From Bacteroidales bacterium (GTDB taxonomy: Bacteria > Bacteroidota > Bacteroidia > Bacteroidales > UBA1402): DNA of 64,000 nucleotides. The translations under genes and the position numbers were made by a program. Below, one piece after another: positions 1-8,262 of this stretch (its first letter is position 1; every line of letters begins with the position of its first letter). The stretch lies in assembly GCA_017468435.1 (NCBI GenBank), contig JAFUIP010000004.1, positions 18,668 to 82,667 on the forward strand. The letters run 5' to 3'. The notes under the pieces were generated by a model. The model saw nothing but the letters and a program-made list of their open reading frames with translations. It made no database searches and was not told the DNA's origin.

Positions 1-195
1 TGCGTTTCCTTCGACATCAAGAACTGCGATGAGGCCAGCCTGCGCGATTACATGGAAAGCGTGCTCCCCATTTACGACAAAGACCGCGTACGCGTTTCTG
101 ACATGAGAAAATTGTTCACTTGGTACAACCTCTTGATTTCTACCGGAAACGATGATTTCTCAGCGCCCGAAGAAGAAAAGACCGAACAGGAATAA
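1..195 (+). CDS. 3' end of a DUF5606-like protein (partial; runs off the window start)
   Basis: Frame 1 is open from base 1 to TAA at 193-195. The tail ...VLPIYDKDRVRVSDMRKLFTWYNLL... resembles the conserved C-terminal block of Bacteroidota DUF5606 proteins as I remember it. It is absent from the ORF track because there is no in-window start. Confidence 0.5.
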   Translation, partial: CVSFDIKNCDEASLRDYMESVLPIYDKDRVRVSDMRKLFTWYNLLISTGNDDFSAPEEEKTEQE

Positions 196-230
196 GTCCC
201 GATACAGACGGACATCACACCACATAAAAG

Positions 231-270
231 GAGCGGCCGAAAAGAATGATCTTCTCAGCCGCTCTTCTTT
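231..270. terminator. Putative bidirectional intrinsic terminator between convergent genes
   Basis: Inverted repeat gagcggc (231-237) / gccgctc (258-264), T-rich on both sides. The 20-nt loop is long, so confidence is moderate. Confidence 0.4.
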
Positions 271-296
271 TATTCGCTCAAAAACCTAAAAGCGCA

Positions 297-617
297 TCAT
301 TCGAAAATACCCAAACTGTCGCAATAGGCAATCTCCGCATCGACAATAAAGCCGACTTCGTCTTTTTCGATTTTCATTTTTTCCTTTTTGGCAGCCTTGA
401 ACACAAATTCACTCAATTCATCAAGGTCGATTTCAACCATATCGTCATCATCTTTAAGGTAACCCTTCTGCTCGTAATAATCATAAATGGTATCCAAAAG
501 ATAATACAATTCGTCATCGTCGAACTTGGTTTTCATTTCTTGAGGAATCTGATTGCGGATGAAAGCAATAGCCGCTTCGTCATCGTATTCCAGAGGATCT
601 TTTACGTCTTTAGCCAT
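297..617 (-). CDS. Small, extremely acidic hypothetical protein, 4 nt downstream of recA
   Basis: ATG-initiated 106-aa ORF. About one third of residues are Asp/Glu (runs DDDE, DDDD) and there is a single Arg. The recA stop is at 622-624 and this start is at 617. Confidence 0.7.
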   Translation of the reverse strand: MAKDVKDPLEYDDEAAIAFIRNQIPQEMKTKFDDDELYYLLDTIYDYYEQKGYLKDDDDMVEIDLDELSEFVFKAAKKEKMKIEKDEVGFIVDAEIAYCDSLGIFE

Positions 618-621
618 AGTC

Positions 622-1650
622 TTATTTTTTCATTGATTCATATACCTTGTTTTCGATTTCTTCGGCCAATTCAGGATTGTCGCGCAAGCAATTCTTGGCA
701 GCCTCTCTACCTTGAGCCAGACGAGTTTCGTTGTAAGAATACCAAGAACCGCTCTTCTTAAGAATACCCAATTCCGAGGCAATGTCCACAATTTCACCCA
801 CTTTGGAAACACCTTCGCCATACATGATATCGAATTCAGCCTTGCGGAATGGAGGCGCCACCTTGTTCTTCACCACCTTCACACGAGTTTGGTTACCCAA
901 GACTTCTTCACCATCCTTAATCTGACCCACGCGACGGATATCCAGACGTACAGAAGCATAGAATTTCAAGGCGTTACCACCGGTGGTCGTTTCAGGATTG
1001 CCAAACATCACACCAATCTTTTCACGCAATTGGTTGATAAAAATACAAGTCGTGTTGGTTTTGCTGATGGTAGCCGTAAGTTTACGCAGCGCTTGCGACA
1101 TGAGACGAGCCTGAAGCCCCACCTTATTATCGCCCATATCTCCTTCCAACTCAGCCTTCGGCGTCAGAGCAGCCACAGAGTCGATAACCACGATATCCAC
1201 CGCCGACGAACGAATCAGCTGATCGGCAATTTCCAAAGCCTGCTCGCCATTGTCCGGTTGAGAGATCCAAAGATTTTCGATGTCAACACCCAACTTTTCT
1301 GCATAAAAACGGTCAAAAGCATGTTCCGCATCGATGAAAGCTGCGATACCGCCTGCCTTCTGCGCTTCCGCAATGGCATGAATAGCCAAAGTTGTCTTAC
1401 CAGAAGATTCCGGACCATAGATTTCGATGATTCTACCACGAGGATAACCGCCCACACCCAAAGCCAGGTTCAAACCGACCGAGCCGCTGGGAATAACGGG
1501 AACATCTTCAATTTTGTCATCGCCCATCTTCATGATGGAACCCTTTCCGTAATTCTTTTCAATTTTTTCCATTGCCATCTGCAAAGCTTTCAACTTTTCT
1601 GCAGAAGGTCCATTTTGAGCCTGAACGCTCTGTTCTGTTTCTTTAGCCAT
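622..1650 (-). CDS. recA: Recombinase RecA
   Basis: Walker [10 protein letters not shown], RecA signature [15 protein letters not shown]2-type [20 protein letters not shown]. The ORF-track start (1683) is a GTG overlapping a TATATTTG -7 box, so the ATG at 1648-1650 (MAKETEQ) is preferred. Confidence 0.97.
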   Translation of the reverse strand: MAKETEQSVQAQNGPSAEKLKALQMAMEKIEKNYGKGSIMKMGDDKIEDVPVIPSGSVGLNLALGVGGYPRGRIIEIYGPESSGKTTLAIHAIAEAQKAGGIAAFIDAEHAFDRFYAEKLGVDIENLWISQPDNGEQALEIADQLIRSSAVDIVVIDSVAALTPKAELEGDMGDNKVGLQARLMSQALRKLTATISKTNTTCIFINQLREKIGVMFGNPETTTGGNALKFYASVRLDIRRVGQIKDGEEVLGNQTRVKVVKNKVAPPFRKAEFDIMYGEGVSKVGEIVDIASELGILKKSGSWYSYNETRLAQGREAAKNCLRDNPELAEEIENKVYESMKK

Positions 1651-1682
1651 AATTCTTATTTTATTGTTCTTATTTTCGTTCA

Positions 1683-1690
1683 CAAATATA
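1683..1690 (-). promoter_or_regulatory. Bacteroidota -7 promoter box (TATATTTG) for recA
   Basis: Exact match to TAnnTTTG on the minus strand, about 33 nt upstream of the preferred recA ATG. Confidence 0.4.
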
Positions 1691-1896
1691 CAACAAGGAG
1701 ACGTCGTTTGTCAAGTATTTTTATGTTAAATATTAAATAATTGTTTACAAAAGTGCATATTATTCTATTTATCAATAAAATGCAAAATACCTCAAAAACA
1801 ATCGAAACCTTATCATTTGCTTTTGACAAAAATACAATTTCAATCGGAAATACGAAATAAGTTTTTATTACTTTTACAGCAAAATTATCGAATACA

Positions 1897-2604
1897 ATGA
1901 AAAGACTGCTTATACTCTCCGGCGCAGGTGTGAGCGCAGAAAGCGGCATCAAAACCTTTCGCGATTCCGATGGACTTTGGGAAAACTATCCTGTGGAAGA
2001 CGTCGCCTGCATAGAAGCTTGGTATAGAAACCCTTCCCTGGTGCTACAATTCTACAACGAACGACGCGCGCAGCTGGAGCATGCCAAACCCAACAAGGCA
2101 CACCTTATTATAGCATCTCTCGAAAAACACTTTGAGGTATGTGTGGTAACGCAGAACATCGACAATCTGCACGAAAGAGCCGGCAGCAGCCATGTCATCC
2201 ACTTGCATGGAGAATCCACCAAAGTGCGTCCCGAAAATACACCGGCCAACGGGAAAGGCGTCATTGACATCGGCTACAAGGCTATTCATCTGGGCGACAC
2301 CGACGAACACGGCATACAACTGCGCCCGCATATTGTGTGGTTCGGCGAGGAAGTTCCCATGATGACACAAGCCATAGAAGAGGTGGAAAAAGCCGACATC
2401 ATGCTGATTATCGGCACTTCGTTGGCGGTTTATCCTGCCGCCGGTCTTATTCATTACGCCAAGCCGGGGACCAAAATTTTTCTGATCGACCCGAAACCCA
2501 TTCACGTGAGCGGCATACATATCACTCAAATACAGAAAGTTGCCACAGAAGGCATGCAAGAATTCCAAAAACTGATGATGGATGAAGATTTTTTTGAAAA
2601 ATAA
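1897..2604 (+). CDS. cobB: NAD-dependent protein deacylase (Sir2/CobB family, short form)
   Basis: Sirtuin motifs GAGVSAESGIKTFRD, QNIDNLHERAG, catalytic HG, and IVWFGEEV. Confidence 0.9.
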   Translation: MKRLLILSGAGVSAESGIKTFRDSDGLWENYPVEDVACIEAWYRNPSLVLQFYNERRAQLEHAKPNKAHLIIASLEKHFEVCVVTQNIDNLHERAGSSHVIHLHGESTKVRPENTPANGKGVIDIGYKAIHLGDTDEHGIQLRPHIVWFGEEVPMMTQAIEEVEKADIMLIIGTSLAVYPAAGLIHYAKPGTKIFLIDPKPIHVSGIHITQIQKVATEGMQEFQKLMMDEDFFEK

Positions 2605-2639
2605 TACCTGTAAGATTTTTTCATTTCAAAATTATTCTC

Positions 2640-2647
2640 TACTTTTG
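2640..2647 (+). promoter_or_regulatory. -7 promoter box (TACTTTTG) for rpsP
   Basis: Exact TAnnTTTG match 36 nt upstream of the rpsP ATG. The same CTACTTTTGCACCC string recurs at 54288-54301. Confidence 0.5.
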
Positions 2648-2682
2648 CACCCGCTAATGCAAAACAACTAAACAATAAAACT

Positions 2683-3225
2683 ATGGCAACAAAATTGAGA
2701 TTACAAAGACATGGTCGTAAGAGCTATGCTTTCTATTACATTGTTGCAGCCGACAGCAGGGCGCCACGTGATGGTAAATTTATTGAAAGATTGGGTTCGT
2801 ACAATCCGAACACTAATCCTGCTACAGTAGATTTGAACTTCGAACGTGCTTTGTATTGGCTCAACAGCGGTGCTCAACCCACCGACACTGTTCGTAACAT
2901 TCTTTCTAAGGAAGGCGTATTGTTGAAAAAACACCTTTTGGGTGGTGTAGCCAAGGGCGCTTTCAACGAAGAAGAAGCAGAAAAGAGATTTAACGCTTGG
3001 AAGCAAGGCAAGGATGCCGCTTTGAATGCTACTATCGCTAGCTTGAAGAGCGCACAACAAGCCGAAGCTAAAGCTCGCAAAGAAGCCGAAGAAGCTGCTC
3101 ACAAGGCAAAAGCCGAAGCAGTAGCTAAGAAATTGGCCGAATTGAAAGCTGCTGAAGAAGAAGCCGCTGCTGCTGAAGCAGTTGCAGAAGAAGCTCCCGC
3201 AGCCGAAGAAGCACAAGCTGAGTAA
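2683..3225 (+). CDS. rpsP: 30S ribosomal protein bS16 with a long Ala/Glu/Lys-rich C-terminal tail
   Basis: N-terminus [42 protein letters not shown] is the bS16 core. The C-terminal roughly 90 aa are low-complexity A/E/K. Confidence 0.95.
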   Translation: MATKLRLQRHGRKSYAFYYIVAADSRAPRDGKFIERLGSYNPNTNPATVDLNFERALYWLNSGAQPTDTVRNILSKEGVLLKKHLLGGVAKGAFNEEEAEKRFNAWKQGKDAALNATIASLKSAQQAEAKARKEAEEAAHKAKAEAVAKKLAELKAAEEEAAAAEAVAEEAPAAEEAQAE

Positions 3226-3273
3226 ATAACTGAAAAACGAGTCGGTTTCTCTCAATAACGACCGATTCGATTT

Positions 3274-3358
3274 GGAGGGATGGCAGAGTGGTCGATTGCG
3301 GCGGTCTTGAAAACCGTTGACCTGAGAGGGTCCGGGGGTTCGAATCCCTCTTCCTCCG
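3274..3358 (+). tRNA. tRNA-Ser (anticodon UGA), class II with long variable arm
   Basis: Acceptor GGAGGGA/TTCCTCC, anticodon stem GCGGT/ACCGT with loop CTTGAAA (TGA), long variable arm, T-arm GGGGG-TTCGAAT-CCCTC, discriminator G. CCA is not encoded. Confidence 0.9.
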
Positions 3359-3377
3359 CAAAGCCCGAATGGGTGTT

Positions 3378-3416
3378 AAACTGAGTCAAATGAATGTTTG
3401 GCTCAGTTTTTATTTT
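3378..3416 (+). terminator. Intrinsic terminator after tRNA-Ser
   Basis: Stem aaactgag (3378-3385) / ctcagttt (3402-3409), followed by TTTTTATTTT. Confidence 0.6.
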
Positions 3417-3431
3417 GCTCGATAATCTTAT

Positions 3432-4931
3432 ATGCAATTCAACTCATTGGCATATGCCGTCTTTTTGCCACTCGTATTTATCCTATATTGGTTTCTTTTC
3501 CAACGAGAGGTCAAGCAACAGAATCTACTTATTCTGGTAGCTTCTTACTACTTTTATGGCTGCTGGGATTTTCGTTTCCTATTTTTAATCGCCCTCACGT
3601 CCTTTTGCAGCTGGGGAAGCGGATTGCTGATTGAAAAACAGAGAGAAAAACACTCGGCAGTTATTTCCGGCAAAAGCATACTCCTATGCAACCTGATTCT
3701 CAACCTTTTAATATTAGCTTTCTTCAAATATTACCACTTCTTTGTCGATAGCTTCATTGATTTCTTCTCGCTCTTCGGTTTGAAGATGCACAAGAGCAGC
3801 CTGCAAATCATTTTACCGGTGGGCATCAGTTTTTACACATTCCAAGCCCTGAGTTACAGCATAGATGTTTATAGACAACGCATGGCGGCCACCAAAGACA
3901 TCGTTGCATTTTTTACTTACGTCAGTTTTTTCCCACAGTTGGTAGCCGGCCCCATTGAAAGAGCCACACATCTTTTACCACAATTTGAGCAAGTCCGCCG
4001 CTTCAACGCAAACATGGCAACAGATGGTTTACGCCAAATCTTGTGGGGATTATTCAAAAAAATCATTGTAGCCGACCATTGCGCCATTTTCGTGAACGAA
4101 GTATTTAGCCATTATCATCAAGAAAGCGGCAGCAGCTTAGTATTGGCAGCAGTCTTCTTTGCCTTTCAAATATACGGTGATTTCTCGGGCTACTCCGACA
4201 TTGCCATAGGAAGCGCCAAATTATTCGGTATAGAACTAACACGCAACTTCAAACTCCCCTATTTCAGCCGAGATGTGGCAGAATTCTGGAGACGATGGCA
4301 TATTTCTTTGAACACCTGGTTTGTTGATTATCTGTATATTCCGCTGGGAGGCAGCCGCCCGAAAGTGAAAGCCGGCTGTAAAAATCCTCAAGGTTACGTA
4401 AAGAGCATCATCATCCGCAACACCTTGATTATTTTTTTATGCAGCGGATTATGGCACGGAGCCAATTGGACCTATATAGCATGGGGCGCCTATCACGCAG
4501 CCTTGTTTATTCCCTTGATTATCACTGGTAAAAACAAAAGGTTCGTATCGGATATTGCCAAGGGGAAACACTTTCCATCTTTCAAAGAAAGCCTGCAAAT
4601 GCTCGGCACCTTCGTTCTTGTACTTATCGGCTGGGTTATTTTCCGCTCCGATAGCATTTTGGATGCAGGTCATTATCTCATCAACATGATACAATGGGAA
4701 AGCCTGCGTGCCGTTTATTTATTCTTCAGCTGGGAGAAAATTTATAAAACATCTTTCGCCATCTTGCTGATGCTCTTCATGGAATGGACGCAGCGACATG
4801 AGGAACATCCGCTAAACATGAAGCACGTCAAAAGCAGAGCGATGAGATGGATCATTTACCTTGCCCTCATACTTGCCTTTTTTGCCTTTCAGGTAGAGGA
4901 AGACATTCAGTTTATTTACTTTCAATTTTAA
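3432..4931 (+). CDS. MBOAT-family membrane O-acyltransferase (AlgI/DltB/PatA-like)
   Basis: Multi-pass membrane protein with the hallmark [23 protein letters not shown] block and a second conserved His in GLWHGANW. Confidence 0.9.
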   Translation: MQFNSLAYAVFLPLVFILYWFLFQREVKQQNLLILVASYYFYGCWDFRFLFLIALTSFCSWGSGLLIEKQREKHSAVISGKSILLCNLILNLLILAFFKYYHFFVDSFIDFFSLFGLKMHKSSLQIILPVGISFYTFQALSYSIDVYRQRMAATKDIVAFFTYVSFFPQLVAGPIERATHLLPQFEQVRRFNANMATDGLRQILWGLFKKIIVADHCAIFVNEVFSHYHQESGSSLVLAAVFFAFQIYGDFSGYSDIAIGSAKLFGIELTRNFKLPYFSRDVAEFWRRWHISLNTWFVDYLYIPLGGSRPKVKAGCKNPQGYVKSIIIRNTLIIFLCSGLWHGANWTYIAWGAYHAALFIPLIITGKNKRFVSDIAKGKHFPSFKESLQMLGTFVLVLIGWVIFRSDSILDAGHYLINMIQWESLRAVYLFFSWEKIYKTSFAILLMLFMEWTQRHEEHPLNMKHVKSRAMRWIIYLALILAFFAFQVEEDIQFIYFQF

Positions 4932-4934
4932 ACC

Positions 4935-5849
4935 ATGAAATCATTCTTACTGAAGATAAGCGGATTCTTCCTTTTGCTCGCTCTCCTTTTTGGAGGTATT
5001 GAATATACCATACGCCTCATTCCCAACGATTACAATTACAAGGCGGATTATTATCGGCAACATGCCCACGAAATAAAAACATGGTGCCTGGGCAGTTCGC
5101 ATGCTTACTACGGCATAGATCCGGATCAATTTGAGGCTCCATGTTTTAACGGCGCCCATGTATCCCAAAGTATCAACTTCGATTGGAAATTGTTTCATCG
5201 ATATATACGGCAAATGGACTCGCTGGAGGTACTGATTCTACCGGCTTCATATTTTAGCTTGTTCAGCCGATTAGAAAATAGCGCAGAGCATTGGAGGATT
5301 GTCAACTACACTGAGTATCAGATTTATACCCCAAACATCAGACATTTGCTTCGAATTTTTGGCGATACCCGGGCATTCGACCGCGCCAAGGATGGTATTC
5401 GAGGAAAGGCAAACGACAGGACCTGCCTGGACAATGGCATGGGATCTTTATTCCGTTACGAGAACAGATACACAGAGTTGGACAGCCTTGCCCAGGCATC
5501 GGCCGACAGACATAGAAAGAAACTACATCCGGCCATACTCAAACAAAGCGAAAAGTACCTGCATAACATCTGCCAGACTTGCCAGAAACGACAGATTCAG
5601 GTAATATTGCTGAGCAGCCCTGTTCATGAGAGCTATTATCGCCTATTGGATTCCACGCAACTATCCCTCAAGATAAACCATTACCGAAATTTGGCCGAAA
5701 AATATCCTCATGTAGAATATTTGAATTGGATGCAACATCCTGATTTTAGGCAAGAAGATTTCTTTGACGCCGATCATCTTAACCATTTGGGAGCCATTAA
5801 ACTGAGTCGGTATTTAAATGACTTCATCGAGGGTGAAAAAAATCATTAA
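4935..5849 (+). CDS. Membrane-anchored SGNH/DltD/AlgJ-like partner of the MBOAT protein
   Basis: Lies 3 nt after the MBOAT stop. It has an N-terminal TM helix, a GSSH block (candidate Ser nucleophile) and a C-terminal DADHLNHLG block (Asp-x-x-His). Confidence 0.55.
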   Translation: MKSFLLKISGFFLLLALLFGGIEYTIRLIPNDYNYKADYYRQHAHEIKTWCLGSSHAYYGIDPDQFEAPCFNGAHVSQSINFDWKLFHRYIRQMDSLEVLILPASYFSLFSRLENSAEHWRIVNYTEYQIYTPNIRHLLRIFGDTRAFDRAKDGIRGKANDRTCLDNGMGSLFRYENRYTELDSLAQASADRHRKKLHPAILKQSEKYLHNICQTCQKRQIQVILLSSPVHESYYRLLDSTQLSLKINHYRNLAEKYPHVEYLNWMQHPDFRQEDFFDADHLNHLGAIKLSRYLNDFIEGEKNH

Positions 5850-5986
5850 ACAATTATTTGTGTAAGTCGTAACTCTGTTGTACCTTTGAAAATCTCCGAA
5901 ACATGCTCGGATAACATTATATAACAAACTGAATTACAACTTTTTATGAACAGGCCTCAGGGTCGGTTCGACATAGAAAATAGCAT

Positions 5987-6355
5987 ATGGAAATTCAAGG
6001 AAAAATTATCAAGAAATTGCCTTTGGCAAGTGGTGAAGGTCGCAATGGCACCTGGAGACGTCAGGAATATGTACTCGAATACGGAGATCGTTTCCCTAAG
6101 CAGGTTTGTTTCAGTCTGATGAATGCCCGCATCGACCAATATCCCATGGAAATTGACGAAGAAGTGATTGTATCGTTCGACATTGAAAGCCGCGAATATA
6201 ATGGTCGTTATTATACCAGTGTATCTGCATGGAAAGTCGACAAGGTGCAAGCCGGTGCTCAGGCCCCCCAAGCTCCCGTAACCAATGCAACGCCTGTTGC
6301 CACACCCGATTTCAGCAGCAACGACGATAACGGAAGCGACGATCTGCCCTTCTAA
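5987..6355 (+). CDS. DUF3127-family protein (OB-fold-like) with SSB-type acidic C-terminal tip
   Basis: MEIQGKIIKKLPLASGEGRNGTWRRQEYVLEY... matches the DUF3127 N-terminus as I remember it. A Pro/Ala/Gln linker follows, and the protein ends ...NDDNGSDDLPF. Confidence 0.8.
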   Translation: MEIQGKIIKKLPLASGEGRNGTWRRQEYVLEYGDRFPKQVCFSLMNARIDQYPMEIDEEVIVSFDIESREYNGRYYTSVSAWKVDKVQAGAQAPQAPVTNATPVATPDFSSNDDNGSDDLPF

Positions 6356-6432
6356 CGACTTGCCACAAGAGAGCCGACAAGAGCAAACGAACGGCAAAGC
6401 AAGACGCTAAGAAGACAAAACATCTAAAAACC

Positions 6433-6470
6433 AAGAGGTTGCGCCAAATTTATTTTTGACACAACCTCTT
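6433..6470. terminator. Putative bidirectional terminator between DUF3127 and rng
   Basis: 9-bp inverted repeat aagaggttg / caacctctt with T-rich flanks on both strands. The loop is 20 nt. Confidence 0.45.
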
Positions 6471-6503
6471 CTTCTTTTACAGAGTCTTCCCTCTTTTTAG
6501 GAC

Positions 6504-8084
6504 TCACTTGGTATCCACTTCTTCTTTCATATCGATTTCCAGACCCTTGCGGTCGTAGAAGGCATACTGCAAGTAACCCATTGCTTGCGAAGGAATAATC
6601 TTCAGGCCCATCGCATAACGACGACGCCATTGCCATTTCAAGGAGTTCAAACCTCCTTTTTCGATAAATGCTGCCACATAAGGATGTACCATCAAGGTAA
6701 ATCGCTTGATTTTCTGTTTGTGGGCTAAAAACTCAATTTTACCGGCCAACATATCGGTGAACAGAATGGAAGGACGAATCTCACCTTTTCCGAAACAGGT
6801 AGGACACACTTCGTTCGTTTGAATAAAGGTTTGCGGGCGCACCCTTTGACGCGTGATCTGCATCAGACAGAACTTACTCAGCGGCAAGATGTTGTGCTTG
6901 GCTCTGTCGTTAGCCATGTTTTCACGCAGTCTATCAAACAGTTTCTGACGATTCTCACCTTCCACCATATCGATAAAATCGACCACGATAATACCACCCA
7001 TATCGCGCAAACGAAGCTGACGCGCAATCTCATCGGCTGCTGCAATGTTCACTTCGTAAGCATTGGCTTCTTGTCCGTCTTTCGAACGCGTACGGTTGCC
7101 GCTGTTCACATCGATGACGTGCATGGCTTCCGTATGTTCAATGACAAGATATGCGCCACTCTTAATTGACACCACCTTACCCAATCCCGACTTAATCTGC
7201 TTGGTCACAGCAAAATGATCGAAAATCGGAATTTCCTTGTTGTAAAGCTGCACAATGTCGGCTTTTTCCGGCATAATCAGTGTCACATAGTCCTTTATCT
7301 CATCATACACTTCGGGCGCATTCACATGTATTGCCCCGTAAGATGCATTGAGCAAGTCGCGCAAAAGAACCACGGTACGGCTGGTTTCTTCAAAAATAAG
7401 TTGAGGCGCTTTGGCTTTCTGCAGCAGGAGTTTTTGAACGATATCATCCCAGCGTTTAAGCAAAACCTTCAACTCATTGTCCAGTTCTTCCACCTTTTTG
7501 TTTTCGGCCACCGTTCTGACGATAACGCCGAAACCCTTAGGTGTAATGCTGAGCAACAATTGTTTAAGACGCGCACGTTCGTCTTGCGACTTAATTTTGG
7601 TAGAGATGGAAACCTTGTCGGAGAAAGGCATCAAGATAAGGAAACGTCCGGCAATGGAAATTTCCGAAGTCAATCGAGGTCCTTTGGTTGAAATAGGTTC
7701 CTTGGCAATCTGCACCAACAATTCCTGTCCGGGCTCAAGAATGTCTGCGATGAGTCCATCCTTGGCAATGTCGGGTTGCATCTTAAACTTGCTCAGAGGC
7801 ATGGCTTTCTTCTTTCTCTGCTTGATATGCTCCAGATAAGCCTTTTGCGACAAATACTGAGGCCCCAGGTCGAGATAATGAAGGAAAGCATCCTTTTCAT
7901 AGCCCACATCCACGAAAACAGCATTCAGACCGGGCATCACCTTGTGAACCCGACCCAAGAAGATATCACCCACCGAGAAGGACAGATTGCGGCTTTCTTT
8001 CTGAAACTCAACCAGTCGGCTGTTTTCCAGAACAGCCAGCGAAACCTCCTGCGGCTGGACATCTACAATCAATTCTGTTGTCAT
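6504..8084 (-). CDS. rng: Ribonuclease G/E family endoribonuclease
   Basis: S1-like N-terminus, catalytic core blocks (GGIIVVDFIDM) and Zn-link CPTCFGKGE. The start is taken at ATG 8082-8084 (MTTELIVDV), because the 17 upstream codons on the ORF track are encoded by a perfect hairpin. Confidence 0.9.
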   Translation of the reverse strand: MTTELIVDVQPQEVSLAVLENSRLVEFQKESRNLSFSVGDIFLGRVHKVMPGLNAVFVDVGYEKDAFLHYLDLGPQYLSQKAYLEHIKQRKKKAMPLSKFKMQPDIAKDGLIADILEPGQELLVQIAKEPISTKGPRLTSEISIAGRFLILMPFSDKVSISTKIKSQDERARLKQLLLSITPKGFGVIVRTVAENKKVEELDNELKVLLKRWDDIVQKLLLQKAKAPQLIFEETSRTVVLLRDLLNASYGAIHVNAPEVYDEIKDYVTLIMPEKADIVQLYNKEIPIFDHFAVTKQIKSGLGKVVSIKSGAYLVIEHTEAMHVIDVNSGNRTRSKDGQEANAYEVNIAAADEIARQLRLRDMGGIIVVDFIDMVEGENRQKLFDRLRENMANDRAKHNILPLSKFCLMQITRQRVRPQTFIQTNEVCPTCFGKGEIRPSILFTDMLAGKIEFLAHKQKIKRFTLMVHPYVAAFIEKGGLNSLKWQWRRRYAMGLKIIPSQAMGYLQYAFYDRKGLEIDMKEEVDTK

Positions 8085-8104
8085 AGCATGTTCAATTATA
8101 ACAC

Positions 8105-8133
8105 GAAGAACAAACCGTAACAGTTTGTTCTTC
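8105..8133 (-). promoter_or_regulatory. Perfect 11-bp stem-loop in the rng leader
   Basis: gaagaacaaac (8105-8115) / gtttgttcttc (8123-8133) with a 7-nt loop and no U-tract. It sits 21 nt upstream of the rng ATG. Confidence 0.5.
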
Positions 8134-8154
8134 ATGCATTAAGTATAGAAAGAA

Positions 8155-8244
8155 TTATTTCTTTTTATGTCTATTCTTTCTCAGTCTTTTTTTACGCTTG
8201 TGCGTAGCCATCTTGTGGCCTTTTTTCTTCTTTCCGTTAGGCAT
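8155..8244 (-). CDS. 29-aa highly basic protein, bS22-like (AURKAIP1/COX24-type)
   Basis: Hand translation gives ATG...TAA = MPNGKKKKGHKMATHKRKKRLRKNRHKKK. It is below the ORF-track size cut-off. The pattern [KR]M[AS]x[HK]K[RH][KR]K[RL]LR[KR]xR resembles mycobacterial bS22 ([25 protein letters not shown]...). It lies between hup and rng. Confidence 0.55.
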   Translation of the reverse strand: MPNGKKKKGHKMATHKRKKRLRKNRHKKK

Positions 8245-8262
8245 AACTCAAACTATTAAAAT

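Noticed and set aside
2950-3225. Ala/Glu/Lys-rich low-complexity tail of S16 as a possible fused or novel domain.
   Set aside because: Long charged C-terminal extensions of bS16 are, to my knowledge, a normal lineage feature of Bacteroidota, so this is not specific to this locus.
3125-3437. Minus-strand ORFs 3125-3361 and 3252-3437 overlapping the rpsP tail and tRNA-Ser.
   Set aside because: They are antisense to a confidently folded tRNA and to the S16 tail, and they have no supporting motifs.
3274-5986. Idea that the MBOAT/SGNH/DUF3127 genes form a tRNA-Ser-targeted genomic island.
   Set aside because: There is no integrase, no direct repeat of the tRNA 3' end downstream, and no obvious compositional break.
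8085-8135. N-terminal extensions on the ORF track for rng (8085-8135), rlmN (19594-19647), pheA (63776-63856), the beta-helix lipoprotein (52755-52904), the PPTase (10320-10394) and recA (1651-1683).
   Set aside because: The extensions are encoded by hairpins or U-tracts, or they overlap the upstream gene or a -7 box, or they start at GTG/TTG. The internal ATGs give canonical N-termini or signal peptides.
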